A stretch of DNA of 64,000 nt, taken from Candidatus Acidiferrales bacterium. Lineage in GTDB: Bacteria > Acidobacteriota > Terriglobia > Acidiferrales > UBA7541. The stretch is from positions 1,206-65,205 of the forward strand of contig JBAWGF010000080.1 of NCBI GenBank assembly GCA_049592615.1, read 5' to 3'. The translations under genes were made by a program, and so were the position numbers. The stretch's first letter is position 1, and each line of letters opens with the position of its first letter. Below, piece after piece: positions 18,819 to 28,926 of the stretch. Below the pieces are notes generated by a model. The model did no database searches and was not told the DNA's origin. It saw only the letters and a list, made by a program, of their open reading frames with translations.

Positions 18819-19838
18819 TCAGGCCATGCGCCGGCCGACCGCCGGCGCGATAATCTGCAATTCGGCCATGAGCTGCGCGAACTGGTCGGGGAAAAGAGAT
18901 TGCGCGCCATCGGAGAGCGCATGTTCGGGATCGTGATGAACTTCAATCAGCAATCCATCGGCGCCGGCGGCCACTGCGGCGCGAGCCATCGGCGCAACTT
19001 TGTCCCGCCTCCCTGTACCGTGCGAAGGATCAACGAGAATGGGCAGATGGGAAATCTTCTTGATGACGGGGATCGCAGCAATGTCGAGCGTGTTGCGCGT
19101 GTACGTTTCAAACGTGCGGATGCCGCGCTCGCAGAGCGCAACATTGTAATTCCCACCTGACATGATGTATTCAGCGCTCAGAAGCAGCTCTTCAATCGTG
19201 GCGGACATTCCGCGCTTGAGGAGCACGGGCTTGCGTACCTCGCCCAGCGCGCGCAGGAGATGGTAATTCTGCATGTTGCGCGCTCCCACCTGGAACATCT
19301 CCACGTATGGCAGCATCATCGCCACCTGCGAGGGATCCATCACTTCGCTGGCCACGAGCAAGCCATTCTGGTCTGCCGCTTCGCGCAAAAGCTTGAGTCC
19401 TCGCTCGCCCAGTCCCTGAAAGGAATACGGCGAACTGCGTGGCTTGAAGGCGCCGCCGCGAAGGATCTTCGCGCCCATGCGCGCCACGGACTTGGCCACC
19501 GCACCAATCTGCTCTTCTGATTCAACGGCGCACGGCCCGGCGGCTACGACAATCTCGGGGCCGCCGATGCGGACGCCCTTGCCCAAATCGATGATGGTGC
19601 CTTCGGGCCGGAAAGCTCGGCTGGCGAGCTTGTACGGCTGCGTGATGCGCACCACTTCACGCACTCCGTCGAGCAATTCGATGTCGCGAGGGTCATAATC
19701 CGGATGCACGCCGACCGCGCCCAACACGGTGTGCGACTCGCCCGTCGAACGATGTACGTCAAATCCTTTCGAAACCAGCCGGTCGATCACCCGCTGAATC
19801 TGTGCCTCGCTCACTCCCCCTTGCATCACAACGACCAT
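18819..19838 (-). CDS. 3-deoxy-7-phosphoheptulonate (DAHP) synthase, type I-beta, with an N-terminal ferredoxin-like regulatory domain
   Basis: 339 aa; an N-terminal ~70-aa extra domain; core [29 protein letters not shown] and DPSHGTG motifs. Confidence 0.85.
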   Translation of the reverse strand: MVVVMQGGVSEAQIQRVIDRLVSKGFDVHRSTGESHTVLGAVGVHPDYDPRDIELLDGVREVVRITQPYKLASRAFRPEGTIIDLGKGVRIGGPEIVVAAGPCAVESEEQIGAVAKSVARMGAKILRGGAFKPRSSPYSFQGLGERGLKLLREAADQNGLLVASEVMDPSQVAMMLPYVEMFQVGARNMQNYHLLRALGEVRKPVLLKRGMSATIEELLLSAEYIMSGGNYNVALCERGIRTFETYTRNTLDIAAIPVIKKISHLPILVDPSHGTGRRDKVAPMARAAVAAGADGLLIEVHHDPEHALSDGAQSLFPDQFAQLMAELQIIAPAVGRRMA

Positions 19839-19871
19839 GAATGTCTCCCAGTAAAATGAATTGCGATTGCG

Positions 19872-20204
19872 TCACGGCTTCTGCTTCAAATCACCCGCCT
19901 GCGCCGAATCGTACTCGGGCGAAGTTCCAGCTTGCCTCGCAGCCCGTTCGAGCGACCGCGCCTCATCAATAACGCGTTCAAACAAACGCCGAATTGCCGT
20001 ACCTTCCAGCGGGCCGTGGTTCAGCCGTTCCACGTTGTCAAGAATCTCCTGCTCACGCTCTGGCTGATAGACCGGCAAATCCTGCGAGCGCTTCAAATGT
20101 CCGATCTCCATCGCGCAGCGCGCACGCTCGTTCAGCAATTCGACGAGCTTCTTATCGATCTCGTCAATCAGGCGGCGCCTATCATCAATCGTCATCTGCG
20201 TCAC
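19872..20204 (-). CDS. Chorismate mutase (AroQ class)
   Basis: IDEIDKKLVELLNERARCAMEIGHLK...PVYQPEREQEIL. The GTG start overlaps the trpA stop (GTGA). Confidence 0.8.
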   Translation of the reverse strand: MTQMTIDDRRRLIDEIDKKLVELLNERARCAMEIGHLKRSQDLPVYQPEREQEILDNVERLNHGPLEGTAIRRLFERVIDEARSLERAARQAGTSPEYDSAQAGDLKQKP

Positions 20205-21079
20205 CCCGCGTGGGGCTCCTTGCCCCGTCGGCTGACGCCCTCTCGCGCCGCTCGCTTCAGAGTGCGGATCAAGTCGCCCACACCAGCGGCGGCTGCGTCC
20301 ACCGAACTTGCCTTTTCGATTTCGGCCATCAGCGCAGAGCCAACCACGGCCGCGTCAGCGATTCCACCGAGCACAGTAACATGCGTGGGATGCGATATCC
20401 CGAAACCGACCGCGATCGGCAATTTCGTGAACTGTCGCGCGCGCCGGACGAGCGCGGGCAAATCCTCCGGGAGGGCTTCGCGCGCGCCTGTCACACCGGT
20501 GCGCGAAATCAGATACAAGAATCCGCTCGAAGCTTCGGCAATGATTGTGAGGCGCGCGTCGGTTGAGGTTGGCGCAGCAAGAAAAATCGCATCGAGCACG
20601 TGCGCTCGCAGCGCTGCGCGGTACTCGGATGCTTCCTCCGGAGTCAGATCCGTCGCGAGCACTCCATCGGTACCGGCGGCGGACGCAGCGGCCGCAAATT
20701 TTTCGAGGCCCATTTGTAAAATCGGATTGAAATAGCTGAAGAACACGAGAGGCACATTGGTGTGTGCCCGAAGCCGATGCGCAAGTTCGATCACGCCGGC
20801 AAGCGTCGTTCCGCTTCGCAGCGCGCGTTCGCTGGCGCGTTGGATCGTGGGGCCGTCAGCCACGGGATCGCTGAACGGTACGCCGAGTTCGATGACGTCG
20901 GCACCGGCATCCGCGGCCGCGCGGACAATCTTCTCAGTAGCTTCGAGCGACGGATCGCCCGCGGTGATATAGGCAACCAGTCCCAGCTCGCCTGCGCGAG
21001 CGAGCTCTTCGAATCGCCGCGCGATTCGACCCCCCTGCCCAATGGATGTGGAGGACTTCGAGATGGCGGGTTCAGACAT
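20201..21079 (-). CDS. trpA: Tryptophan synthase alpha chain
   Basis: [28 protein letters not shown] and GFGIS motifs. The start overlaps the trpB stop by 8 nt. Confidence 0.9.
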   Translation of the reverse strand: MSEPAISKSSTSIGQGGRIARRFEELARAGELGLVAYITAGDPSLEATEKIVRAAADAGADVIELGVPFSDPVADGPTIQRASERALRSGTTLAGVIELAHRLRAHTNVPLVFFSYFNPILQMGLEKFAAAASAAGTDGVLATDLTPEEASEYRAALRAHVLDAIFLAAPTSTDARLTIIAEASSGFLYLISRTGVTGAREALPEDLPALVRRARQFTKLPIAVGFGISHPTHVTVLGGIADAAVVGSALMAEIEKASSVDAAAAGVGDLIRTLKRAAREGVSRRGKEPHAG

Positions 21080-22283
21080 AGCGCGAGAGGATCTCCATAT
21101 CCTTGTCGCCGCGGCCGGAAAGATTGAGGATCACGACATCTTCCTTTTTCATCTTCGGCGCGCGGCGCTGGAGTTCGGCCAAGGCGTGCGCCGATTCGAG
21201 CGCCGGAATAATTCCCTCGAGACGCGCGAGCGTACGAGCGGCGTCGATCGCTTCTTCGTCGCTCACGGCCGTGTATTCAGCGCGTCCCTGTTCGGCAAGC
21301 CATGCGTGTTCCGGGCCGACTGCCGGATAGTCGAGACCGGCCGAAATGGAATGAGTCGTCGAAATCTGCCCGTCGATCGTTTGCAGAACATACGTGTAGG
21401 TGCCCTGCAACACTCCCGGGCGCGCGCCCAAGAATCCATGCGCCGTCGCGAGGCGAGCCGCATGTTCGCCGAGCGACTTGCCACGCCCACCGGCTTCGAC
21501 GCCGACCATTCGAACTCCGGCATCCCCAAGAAATGCGTGAAATAGGCCGATCGAATTAGAGCCGCCCCCCACACAAGCAAAGAGAGAGTCGGGCAGGCGG
21601 CGTTCGGCGCGCAGAATCTGTTCGCGCGCCTCCTCGCCGATAATCTTTTGAAAGTCGCGCACGATCTGTGGGTAGGGATGCGCGCCAAGAACCGAGCCGA
21701 GCAGATAGTGCGACGTCCGAACGTTGGTCACCCAATCGCGCATGGCTTCATTGATCGCGTCTTTCAAAGTGCGGCTGCCTGCATCCACGCCGATTACTTC
21801 GGCTCCGAGAAGGCGCATGCGAAAGACATTGAGCCGCTGCCGCTCCATGTCCTCGGTGCCCATATACACCGTGCAAGAAAGTCCCAGCCGCGCGGCGATG
21901 GTCGCCGTCGCGACACCATGCTGCCCGGCGCCGGTTTCCGCAATCACGCGACGTTTTCCCATTCGCACCGCGAGCAATCCCTGGCCGATGCAGTTGTTGA
22001 TCTTGTGCGCACCGGTGTGGAGCAGGTCTTCGCGCTTCAGGTAAATGCGCGGCCCGCAGAGATTTTCGGTCAGTCGCGAAGCGAATTGCAGCGGAGTCGG
22101 GCGACCGGCAAAGTTGTGCAGCATCGCGTCGAGCTCTTCTTGAAAACTTCGATCAGCGCGTGCCTCCGCATAAGCACGTTCGAGTTCTTCGAGCGGCGCG
22201 ACGAGAGTTTCGGGAACGTACCGCCCACCGTATGGGCCGAACCGGCCGCGGGAATCAGGAACGAGTTTTGGGATCGAGCTCAC
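21072..22283 (-). CDS. trpB: Tryptophan synthase beta chain
   Basis: [32 protein letters not shown]. The start is moved to GTG 22283, which overlaps the trpF stop as GTGA. The ORF-track start at 22376 would overlap trpF by 97 nt. Confidence 0.9.
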   Translation of the reverse strand: MSSIPKLVPDSRGRFGPYGGRYVPETLVAPLEELERAYAEARADRSFQEELDAMLHNFAGRPTPLQFASRLTENLCGPRIYLKREDLLHTGAHKINNCIGQGLLAVRMGKRRVIAETGAGQHGVATATIAARLGLSCTVYMGTEDMERQRLNVFRMRLLGAEVIGVDAGSRTLKDAINEAMRDWVTNVRTSHYLLGSVLGAHPYPQIVRDFQKIIGEEAREQILRAERRLPDSLFACVGGGSNSIGLFHAFLGDAGVRMVGVEAGGRGKSLGEHAARLATAHGFLGARPGVLQGTYTYVLQTIDGQISTTHSISAGLDYPAVGPEHAWLAEQGRAEYTAVSDEEAIDAARTLARLEGIIPALESAHALAELQRRAPKMKKEDVVILNLSGRGDKDMEILSRYV

Positions 22284-22915
22284 TTTGATTTGCGCCGCGC
22301 GGCTCGGACTGCCTTCATCAGGGCTTTCACGCGCGCTGCGTCCTTTTTTCCCGGTTTCGCTTCCACCCCACTGCACACATCAATCGCGTAAGGCTTCGCC
22401 ACGCGGATTGCCTCCGCGATATTTTCCGGTTTCAATCCGCCCGCCAGAAAAATTCGCCCGTAGCGCTTTGCGCGGCTCGCGACGGTCCACGCGAATGTTT
22501 TTCCGGTTCCGCCGCGGTGCTTGCGATCGAAGCCGTCGAGCATAATCGCGTCGGCGCCCCGAAATCGCCGGAGCTGCGGTGCGCGAAATGATTTCCCAAC
22601 TTGCACTGCCTTGATCACCGGCAACGTGCGCTTGAGGCGCGCGACCGTCACGGGCAATTCGTCGCCGTGAAGTTGAAAATAATCGAGACCGACCGAGCGG
22701 GCGACATCGAGCATCGTATTCTCTCGCTCGTTCACGAAAACGCCGACCACTTCAATCTTCTTCGGAAGGCGTCGCACAATTTGGCGCGCGCGCGCAGGGT
22801 CAATGTACCGCGGGCTACCCGCATAGAAATTGAAACCGAGAAAATTTGCGCCGGCTTCGACGGCGCGCCGTGCGTCGGTCCAATTCGTGATCCCGCAGAT
22901 TTTGACCATCAACAT
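22280..22915 (-). CDS. trpF: Phosphoribosylanthranilate isomerase
   Basis: [10 protein letters not shown]...[16 protein letters not shown]...FLAGGL. The start is set at ATG 22915, 13 nt after the trpC stop. Confidence 0.85.
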   Translation of the reverse strand: MLMVKICGITNWTDARRAVEAGANFLGFNFYAGSPRYIDPARARQIVRRLPKKIEVVGVFVNERENTMLDVARSVGLDYFQLHGDELPVTVARLKRTLPVIKAVQVGKSFRAPQLRRFRGADAIMLDGFDRKHRGGTGKTFAWTVASRAKRYGRIFLAGGLKPENIAEAIRVAKPYAIDVCSGVEAKPGKKDAARVKALMKAVRAARRKSK

Positions 22916-22928
22916 CGCTACCTGCCGC

Positions 22929-23807
22929 TCAAGCGGCGTCGTGCCCTTTCCCATCAGGCTCGAGCAACGCCCGAAATGTCACACCAGGGTCGGCATCCTT
23001 CATGAGATGCTCGCCGATCAGAAACGCATCAAAGCCTGCGCTTCGCAGGCGAGCGAGATCGTCGTGGCTGTGGAGCCCCGATTCGCTCACAGCAATGCAT
23101 TCCTCCGGAATCGCTTCAACAAGCCCAAGCGAAGTTTCCAGATGCACCTGGAAATCGCGAAGATCGCGATTGTTCACGCCGATGATTCGCGCGCCAGCGC
23201 CGATCACGCGATCGAGCTCCTCGCATGTATGCACTTCGACGAGCGGTTCCATTTGAAGAGACCGCCCCAGCTCAAGAAGTTCTCGGAGCGCTGAGTCGCT
23301 GAGTATCGCTGCAATCAAAAGGAAGGAGTCGGCGCCCGCCGCACGCGTCTCCCACACCTGCCAAGGATCCACGATGAAGTCCTTCCGCAGGATTGGAATT
23401 TTTGTCACGCGGCTTGCGTCTTTCAAATCACCGAGCGAGCCCGAGAAGAATTCTTCTTCGGTCAACACCGAAAGTGCAGCGGCTCCCGCCTTTTCGAGAC
23501 TCGACGCCAGTGCAGCAGGCGCAAAGTCCTCGCGCAGAATGCCGCGCGAAGGGGAAGCCTTTTTTAACTCGCCAATGATGTTGAATCCTGCACCGACGAG
23601 TGCGCCCGGAAAATCCCGCGGCGGTTTCGCCTTTTTCTCCACGGCGATTTTGAGCGCCACGTCGGGAAGCACACGCTTCCTGTGCGCGACGGATTCGCGG
23701 CGTGCTGCGACAATCCGGTCCAGGATATTTTTCGAGCGTGAACTGATTTCCATGGGCAGAGGTATGAGCCGGTCCCCGATTGCGGGGGGCACATCTTCAG
23801 GATTCAC
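22929..23807 (-). CDS. trpC: Indole-3-glycerol phosphate synthase
   Basis: IIGELKKASPSRG, ALSVLTEEEFFSGS, PILRKDFI, IGVNNRDL. The start may instead be the internal ATG at 23753 (MEISSRSKNILDRIV). Confidence 0.88.
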   Translation of the reverse strand: MNPEDVPPAIGDRLIPLPMEISSRSKNILDRIVAARRESVAHRKRVLPDVALKIAVEKKAKPPRDFPGALVGAGFNIIGELKKASPSRGILREDFAPAALASSLEKAGAAALSVLTEEEFFSGSLGDLKDASRVTKIPILRKDFIVDPWQVWETRAAGADSFLLIAAILSDSALRELLELGRSLQMEPLVEVHTCEELDRVIGAGARIIGVNNRDLRDFQVHLETSLGLVEAIPEECIAVSESGLHSHDDLARLRSAGFDAFLIGEHLMKDADPGVTFRALLEPDGKGHDAA

Positions 23808-23831
23808 CCTGAAGAGAAAATCGCTGGGACC

Positions 23832-23861
23832 ATGCTAGTCGCGCGGCCCCTGTGATGTCAA
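23832..23861 (-). promoter_or_regulatory. Sigma-70-type promoter candidate for the trp/aro operon
   Basis: The minus strand reads TTGACA-N18-TAGCAT. The -35 lies inside an 11-bp palindrome GTCAA-T-TTGAC. It is 25 nt upstream of the annotated trpC start. Confidence 0.4.
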
Positions 23862-23922
23862 TTTGACGTGGCTGTGGACATGATGCCAGCGCGAGTGCGC
23901 CAAGCGCAGGCGGATCGCGGCG

Positions 23923-25602
23923 CTATGGCGTCAGGAGCGGTTGTGAAAACCGGATGGGAATCCCAAAGTTGGACCCACCGAAGCCTTTCAAAACGGCAAA
24001 TGTGACGCCGATGACTTTTCCCTGCTGATTGAAGAGCGGCCCACCGGAGCCACCCGAGGTCGTCTGCGCGTCGAAAACAATTTTATCCGCCAAAACGTCT
24101 CCGATATGCCCCTGGGTGATCAGCGGGCGGATCAGATTTCGCCGCGCCAATTCATCCAGAACCTGCGCGACGTCTCCGCCGCTGCGCGCAATGATCCGCT
24201 GCGCGGAATCTTCATCCGTGCGCGCGAGAATCGCAGCCAATCCGGTTGCATAGCCCATCAAGACGATCGGTTGGCCACTCACTGCAGCGCCTTTGTTTGC
24301 GTCGATCGAGAGGGCAGTGCGTTTCAGGTCTTGCAGGTCCACACGCATCGTCGCGAGGTCCGTATCCTTCGAGACATCCTGAATCTCCGCATGAAACGCG
24401 CGCGGGTCCCCCGGGAAGTAAGCGCGAATCACGGAGATCTCCGGTTGGAATCCCTGGTTCGTCATGTCTTTGAGTTCATCATTCTTCCACCACGGCTCGG
24501 CGACGTGCCTGTTGGTGATAACCCGTCCCGCGGGGCCAGCCAGGAAACCTGTGCCGAAGACGTCCAGCTTCACCTCCGGCCCGCGGCCCTCAACCGTCAG
24601 AATAGGATTGCCGTCGCTGTCTTGAAGCGGTTCTCCCTGCGAATTGAGCCCTGCATAGCGCAAGCGTTGACCGCTTTGCTGATGGCGAAAGGCCACAGAG
24701 ACATGCAACAGGCACACACTCTGGACATCCGCTGAGATGAGGTTCGCAGCTGCGCCGCCCTCTTGCTCCACGCGCTTCAGGCGGGCGTTTGTGACAGCCA
24801 ACTCCTTTTCTAAGTTGGCGACCTCGTCGGAGCCGGCGTTCGCCATTTTTTCCTTCAGCTCGGCGGCGTGTCTTTGCAGTTCGTCTTTTCCGCCGGACAC
24901 GCTGGCCGTCGTACCTTGCTCTTGCCGCAACCTGCGAGCCTCTGCGATCAGGTCCTCCTGACGGACGAGCCCGCCTTCGAGCCTCGCAATGATCGCGTTG
25001 GCTCGTTGATTTTCTTTTTGAGCGCTGCGAGCGAAGAGAAAATAGATAGCCGCCATGATCAGAGCGACGGCGAACACGGCACCGAAACCGATCTTGAGCC
25101 GGCGATCGAGTGAGGTGGCGTCGTTCGCCATTTTTTCGGTGACAGCGAGCGCTTCAAATGCCGTGTGCGCGATCTTTTGACCCTCTTCGGCAATATGCAC
25201 TTTTTTGCGAAGCTGGGTTTCTGTTCGCCGGACGCGTAATTGCGCGCGAACTCTTGCGAGGAGCTCGCTTGCATCCCACGGACCTGACAGTGCGTCGTCG
25301 GCGCCGGTATCGAGCGCTGCGACTCGTTCTCCCGATCCTGAGCCGACAAGGAGGACAACGCGCACACCTTCGGTGGCCGCTGTGCCGCGAACCGCCGCCA
25401 GCGTCTCACGCGCGTTCGCGTCACCCATTCTCGCGTCAAGCAATAGCAGATCCGCACCAGACTGCCGAATCGCATCGAGCCCTTCACGCGCGGTTGCAAA
25501 GGATGTGACGTCGTAGCCGGACGCCTCCAGCGTTGCGCGCAGGTGTTCCCGGTTCGCGGCATTTGCTTCGACGATGACGATTTTCTCGCGTTTGTTATTC
25601 AT
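23923..25602 (-). CDS. Degenerate receiver domain, TM helix, coiled coil and trypsin-like (S1) serine protease fusion
   Basis: N-terminal REC fold with LLLLDARMGD, but EA replaces the DD pocket and G replaces the conserved K (ALSGPWD). TM helix IGFGAVFAVALIMAAIYFLFA. The coiled coil is followed by the protease triad context TNRHV, DTDLATMRV and TSGGSGGPLF. Confidence 0.75.
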   Translation of the reverse strand: MNNKREKIVIVEANAANREHLRATLEASGYDVTSFATAREGLDAIRQSGADLLLLDARMGDANARETLAAVRGTAATEGVRVVLLVGSGSGERVAALDTGADDALSGPWDASELLARVRAQLRVRRTETQLRKKVHIAEEGQKIAHTAFEALAVTEKMANDATSLDRRLKIGFGAVFAVALIMAAIYFLFARSAQKENQRANAIIARLEGGLVRQEDLIAEARRLRQEQGTTASVSGGKDELQRHAAELKEKMANAGSDEVANLEKELAVTNARLKRVEQEGGAAANLISADVQSVCLLHVSVAFRHQQSGQRLRYAGLNSQGEPLQDSDGNPILTVEGRGPEVKLDVFGTGFLAGPAGRVITNRHVAEPWWKNDELKDMTNQGFQPEISVIRAYFPGDPRAFHAEIQDVSKDTDLATMRVDLQDLKRTALSIDANKGAAVSGQPIVLMGYATGLAAILARTDEDSAQRIIARSGGDVAQVLDELARRNLIRPLITQGHIGDVLADKIVFDAQTTSGGSGGPLFNQQGKVIGVTFAVLKGFGGSNFGIPIRFSQPLLTP

Positions 25603-25757
25603 GGGATTGAAGTGGCTCCATGATCTTCTGCGGCGCCTATCCTAGAGGAAATCGGACAAGCTGCATAGAGACCCACGGACGCCATGGTGGTAATACAAAT
25701 AGAATAGACGCGGGCGATCGCCCTGAGGATTCGTGATAACTTTCCAGGGGAGCCGCG

Positions 25758-26444
25758 ATGGACGCACTCGACCAACTCAATCGGCAGGTTGTCGAATGCC
25801 GGAAATGTCCCCGGCTGGTGCGCTATCGCGAGAAAATTGCGCGCGAGAAGCGTCGCGCCTTTCTTAACTGGGACTACTGGGGCAAACCGGTGCCGGGGTT
25901 TGGCGACCCGCACGCGAAATTAATGATTCTCGGACTCGCTCCGGCGGCGCATGGCGCCAATCGCACGGGCCGCATGTTCACGGGCGATCGCTCGGGAGAT
26001 TTTCTCTATCACGCGCTGTTCCGGGCAGGTTTCGCAAACCAGCCGACATCAACCCGCCTTGGTGACGGACTCGAGTTGAAGAACGCTTACATCGCAGCGA
26101 CGCTTCGGTGCGCACCACCGACAAACAAGCCGCTCCCCGCCGAACTCGCCAACTGCCGGCCATATTTCGAGAAGGAACTCGAAATCATGCGCCCGCGGGC
26201 GATTCTCGCGCTCGGCGGCATTGCGATGCGCGCGTATCTCGGCCTGATGAAAGAGCGCGGTGAGATCAAAAGCCTCGCAGCGTTTCCCTTCCACCACGGC
26301 GCGAGCTATCAACTGCCCGGAGATTTGCCGCGTCTCTTCGCGTCGTACCACCCGAGCCAGCAAAATACGTTTACCGGGAAACTCACGAAAACGATGTTGA
26401 TCCGCGTCCTGCGTGAAATTACTCGATGTCTACGGGGCGAGTGA
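25758..26444 (+). CDS. Uracil-DNA glycosylase superfamily protein (family 4/5, UdgB-like)
   Basis: CRKCPRL, GLAPAAHGANRTGRMFTGDRSG, C-terminal HPSQQN. Confidence 0.8.
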   Translation: MDALDQLNRQVVECRKCPRLVRYREKIAREKRRAFLNWDYWGKPVPGFGDPHAKLMILGLAPAAHGANRTGRMFTGDRSGDFLYHALFRAGFANQPTSTRLGDGLELKNAYIAATLRCAPPTNKPLPAELANCRPYFEKELEIMRPRAILALGGIAMRAYLGLMKERGEIKSLAAFPFHHGASYQLPGDLPRLFASYHPSQQNTFTGKLTKTMLIRVLREITRCLRGE

Positions 26445-26458
26445 GATTCGGGACGCAA

Positions 26459-27856
26459 TCAACGCGAGCGGGGCATCCAGATAAGGTACACGACGAAGGA
26501 AATGCCGAAGCCCACGAACCACGCATAGTGATAAAGCCCGTGCAGCGCAGGAACCTTGAGACCGATCAAAGCCACGGCAATTCCCACAGCGAGCGATCCG
26601 ATGGCGCGCCAGTTGAACCCGTTCGAAAATTCATACTCGCCGCCGCGTTCAAACAGATCCGGCGTGCGGATGATTCTTTTTCTCAGCACGTAGTAGTCGG
26701 CGATCATCACGCCCGCGACCGGCCCAAGAAAACTGGAATATCCGACGAGCCATCCCACGATGTAATTTCCATAGCTCTCAAGGAGCTTCCAGGGCTGCAT
26801 CAAGATGCCAACGAAGCAAGTAATCAAGCCTCCGGTTTTGAAGCTGATTCTGCGCGGATAGAGATTCGAAAAGTCGTTTGCCGGCGAGACAACGTTGGCC
26901 GCCACGTTCACGTTCAAGGTTGCGAGCAGCAGGGCCAGCATCGCGACAATGACCGCCACCGGGTTTCCCAACCGGCTCATCACCGCCACGGGATCCCAAA
27001 TCGCGTGGCCGAAGACAACGACCGTTGCAGACGTGACCGCGATGCCGATGAAGGAATAGAGCGTCATAGTCGTCGGCAGCCCCAGCGCCTGGCCGAGCAT
27101 TTGTTCCTTCTGTCCCTTTGCATACCGCGTGAAATCGGGAATATTCAAGGCCACGGTCGCCCAAAAAGCGACCACACCTGTGAGCGACGGAACAAAGAAA
27201 GCGAAGAATTCGCCGAACGTGCGGAATTTCGAAGGCGCTGAAAGCATCGGCCCGAATCCGCCCGCTTTGTGATAAGCCCAGCCGAGCATGGCGAGACCCA
27301 GAATGAGCAGTACCGGAGCCGTGATTCCCTGAAGGAAGCGAATTGTTTGAATTCCGCGCAACACGACGATCAGGTTCAGCAGCCAAAAAAGGAAGAAGCA
27401 GATCCACGCGTGATCCCAGCCCGGAACAATGGCGGCTAGCATCGTGTTGATCGCCTCGCCACCAATCCACGTCTGAATTCCGAACCAGCCGCACGCGACA
27501 AGCGCTCGCAGGATTGCCGGAACGTTTGCGCCAAGCACACCAAACGACGCGCGAGCGAACACTGGAAATGGAATTCCATACTCCGCTCCTGCATGCGCGT
27601 TGAGGAGCATGGGAATCAGCACGATGATGTTGCCGAGGAAAACAGTGAAGATTGCCTGCTTCCAGTTCATTCCGCCGACGATCATTCCGCTTGCGAGCAT
27701 GTAGGTCGGGATATTGACGCTCATGGCGACCCACAATGCCGTGTAGTTGTACGTTCTCCACGTCCGGCGGTCGGATGGGATCGGCGCGAGATCCTTGTTC
27801 CACAGCCAACTCGTTCGGGCGGGTGCGGAATCAGGAGTGGATTCAGTTGAGCTCAT
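26459..27856 (-). CDS. NCS1-family nucleobase/nucleoside:cation symporter
   Basis: 12-TM-type protein with N-terminal NKDLAPIPSDRRTW, typical of NCS1 permeases. ATG 27856 overlaps the hydrolase stop as ATGA. Confidence 0.8.
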   Translation of the reverse strand: MSSTESTPDSAPARTSWLWNKDLAPIPSDRRTWRTYNYTALWVAMSVNIPTYMLASGMIVGGMNWKQAIFTVFLGNIIVLIPMLLNAHAGAEYGIPFPVFARASFGVLGANVPAILRALVACGWFGIQTWIGGEAINTMLAAIVPGWDHAWICFFLFWLLNLIVVLRGIQTIRFLQGITAPVLLILGLAMLGWAYHKAGGFGPMLSAPSKFRTFGEFFAFFVPSLTGVVAFWATVALNIPDFTRYAKGQKEQMLGQALGLPTTMTLYSFIGIAVTSATVVVFGHAIWDPVAVMSRLGNPVAVIVAMLALLLATLNVNVAANVVSPANDFSNLYPRRISFKTGGLITCFVGILMQPWKLLESYGNYIVGWLVGYSSFLGPVAGVMIADYYVLRKRIIRTPDLFERGGEYEFSNGFNWRAIGSLAVGIAVALIGLKVPALHGLYHYAWFVGFGISFVVYLIWMPRSR

Positions 27857-28779
27857 CGAAGGATTTTGTACAGCATCTCCTTCCAGCGGGCAGCATCCAT
27901 CTTCCAGCACACTTCGATATTGGGAGGCTGCTTCGTGACGCCGAGCTGGTCCACGACAGTCATGCCGCGGGTGAGTTCCGATTCCGTCTCGACGTCAACG
28001 TAATGGTGACCGAGCGAAGTGCAAATCGACGAATCAATGGCGATGGACATTGTCACCGGATCGGGCTGCGTGAGTCCCGGCTCGCGATTGAAGCTGATGC
28101 TCGCAGCGAGAGCGCTCCGATTGCAATCGAGCGCGAAATCGCCATATTTCGTTTTGAAGCTGCGAATGTGCGCCATGTCGGCATCATTCAGGACGGATGC
28201 GCCGCGGCAATGCTCCCACCCAACCATCACAATCGGCATGCCGGAGTGGAATACAATCTTCGCTGCTTCCGGATCGACCCAGATATTGAACTCCGCCGCC
28301 GGCGTGATATTCCCGACTACGCAAGCCGCGCCACCCATCACGTAAACGTGCCGCAACTTCCCGGCAATGTCGGGCGCTTGCCGCAGGGCCATTGCGATAT
28401 TCGTGAGTGGTCCGAGAGTCACCAAGGTGTATTCGCCCGGCCGCTCGCGAAGGGTGCGAACGAGCGCATCTACGGCATGCTCCTTTTCGGGACCGCGCTT
28501 AGGGGCGGGATAATTCATACCTCCCATGCCGTCGGGGCCATGGAAAAAATATGCATAGCTCGCTTCGCGCACGAGCGGACGGTCGCAGCCCACATAGACC
28601 GGCGTCTCTTTGCCGCACAATTCGACCACAGTCCCGGCGTTGCGCGTGCCCATCGCCACCGGGACGTTTCCGGAAACGGTCGTGATGGCGTCAACCTGGA
28701 TTTCAGGCGTGCGAAGCGCCATGAGGATTGCAACGGCATCGTCCGAAGCCGTGTCGGTATCAATAAGAAAGCGTCGCAT
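27853..28779 (-). CDS. Nucleoside hydrolase (inosine/uridine-preferring family)
   Basis: N-terminal DTDTASDDAVAILMAL (DxDxxxDD) in a 308-aa protein. Confidence 0.85.
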   Translation of the reverse strand: MRRFLIDTDTASDDAVAILMALRTPEIQVDAITTVSGNVPVAMGTRNAGTVVELCGKETPVYVGCDRPLVREASYAYFFHGPDGMGGMNYPAPKRGPEKEHAVDALVRTLRERPGEYTLVTLGPLTNIAMALRQAPDIAGKLRHVYVMGGAACVVGNITPAAEFNIWVDPEAAKIVFHSGMPIVMVGWEHCRGASVLNDADMAHIRSFKTKYGDFALDCNRSALAASISFNREPGLTQPDPVTMSIAIDSSICTSLGHHYVDVETESELTRGMTVVDQLGVTKQPPNIEVCWKMDAARWKEMLYKILR

Positions 28780-28889
28780 TGTGGCTCATCTCAGTTCGGT
28801 CATTTGCCGAAATGCAAATCACGTGGGCTTATACTCCGAACCGCAAATCCCCTGCAACGTGTTTCTCGCGCCGATTCTGATTCGCCAAT

Positions 28890-28918
28890 TTGACAGCCTC
28901 CGCAGCTGTTGTTAGCCT
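28890..28918 (+). promoter_or_regulatory. Sigma-70-type promoter candidate for the ABC importer operon
   Basis: TTGACA-N17-TAGCCT with TGT just upstream of the -10. The -10 ends 8 nt before ATG 28927. Confidence 0.3.
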
Positions 28919-28926
28919 GCCGGGCA

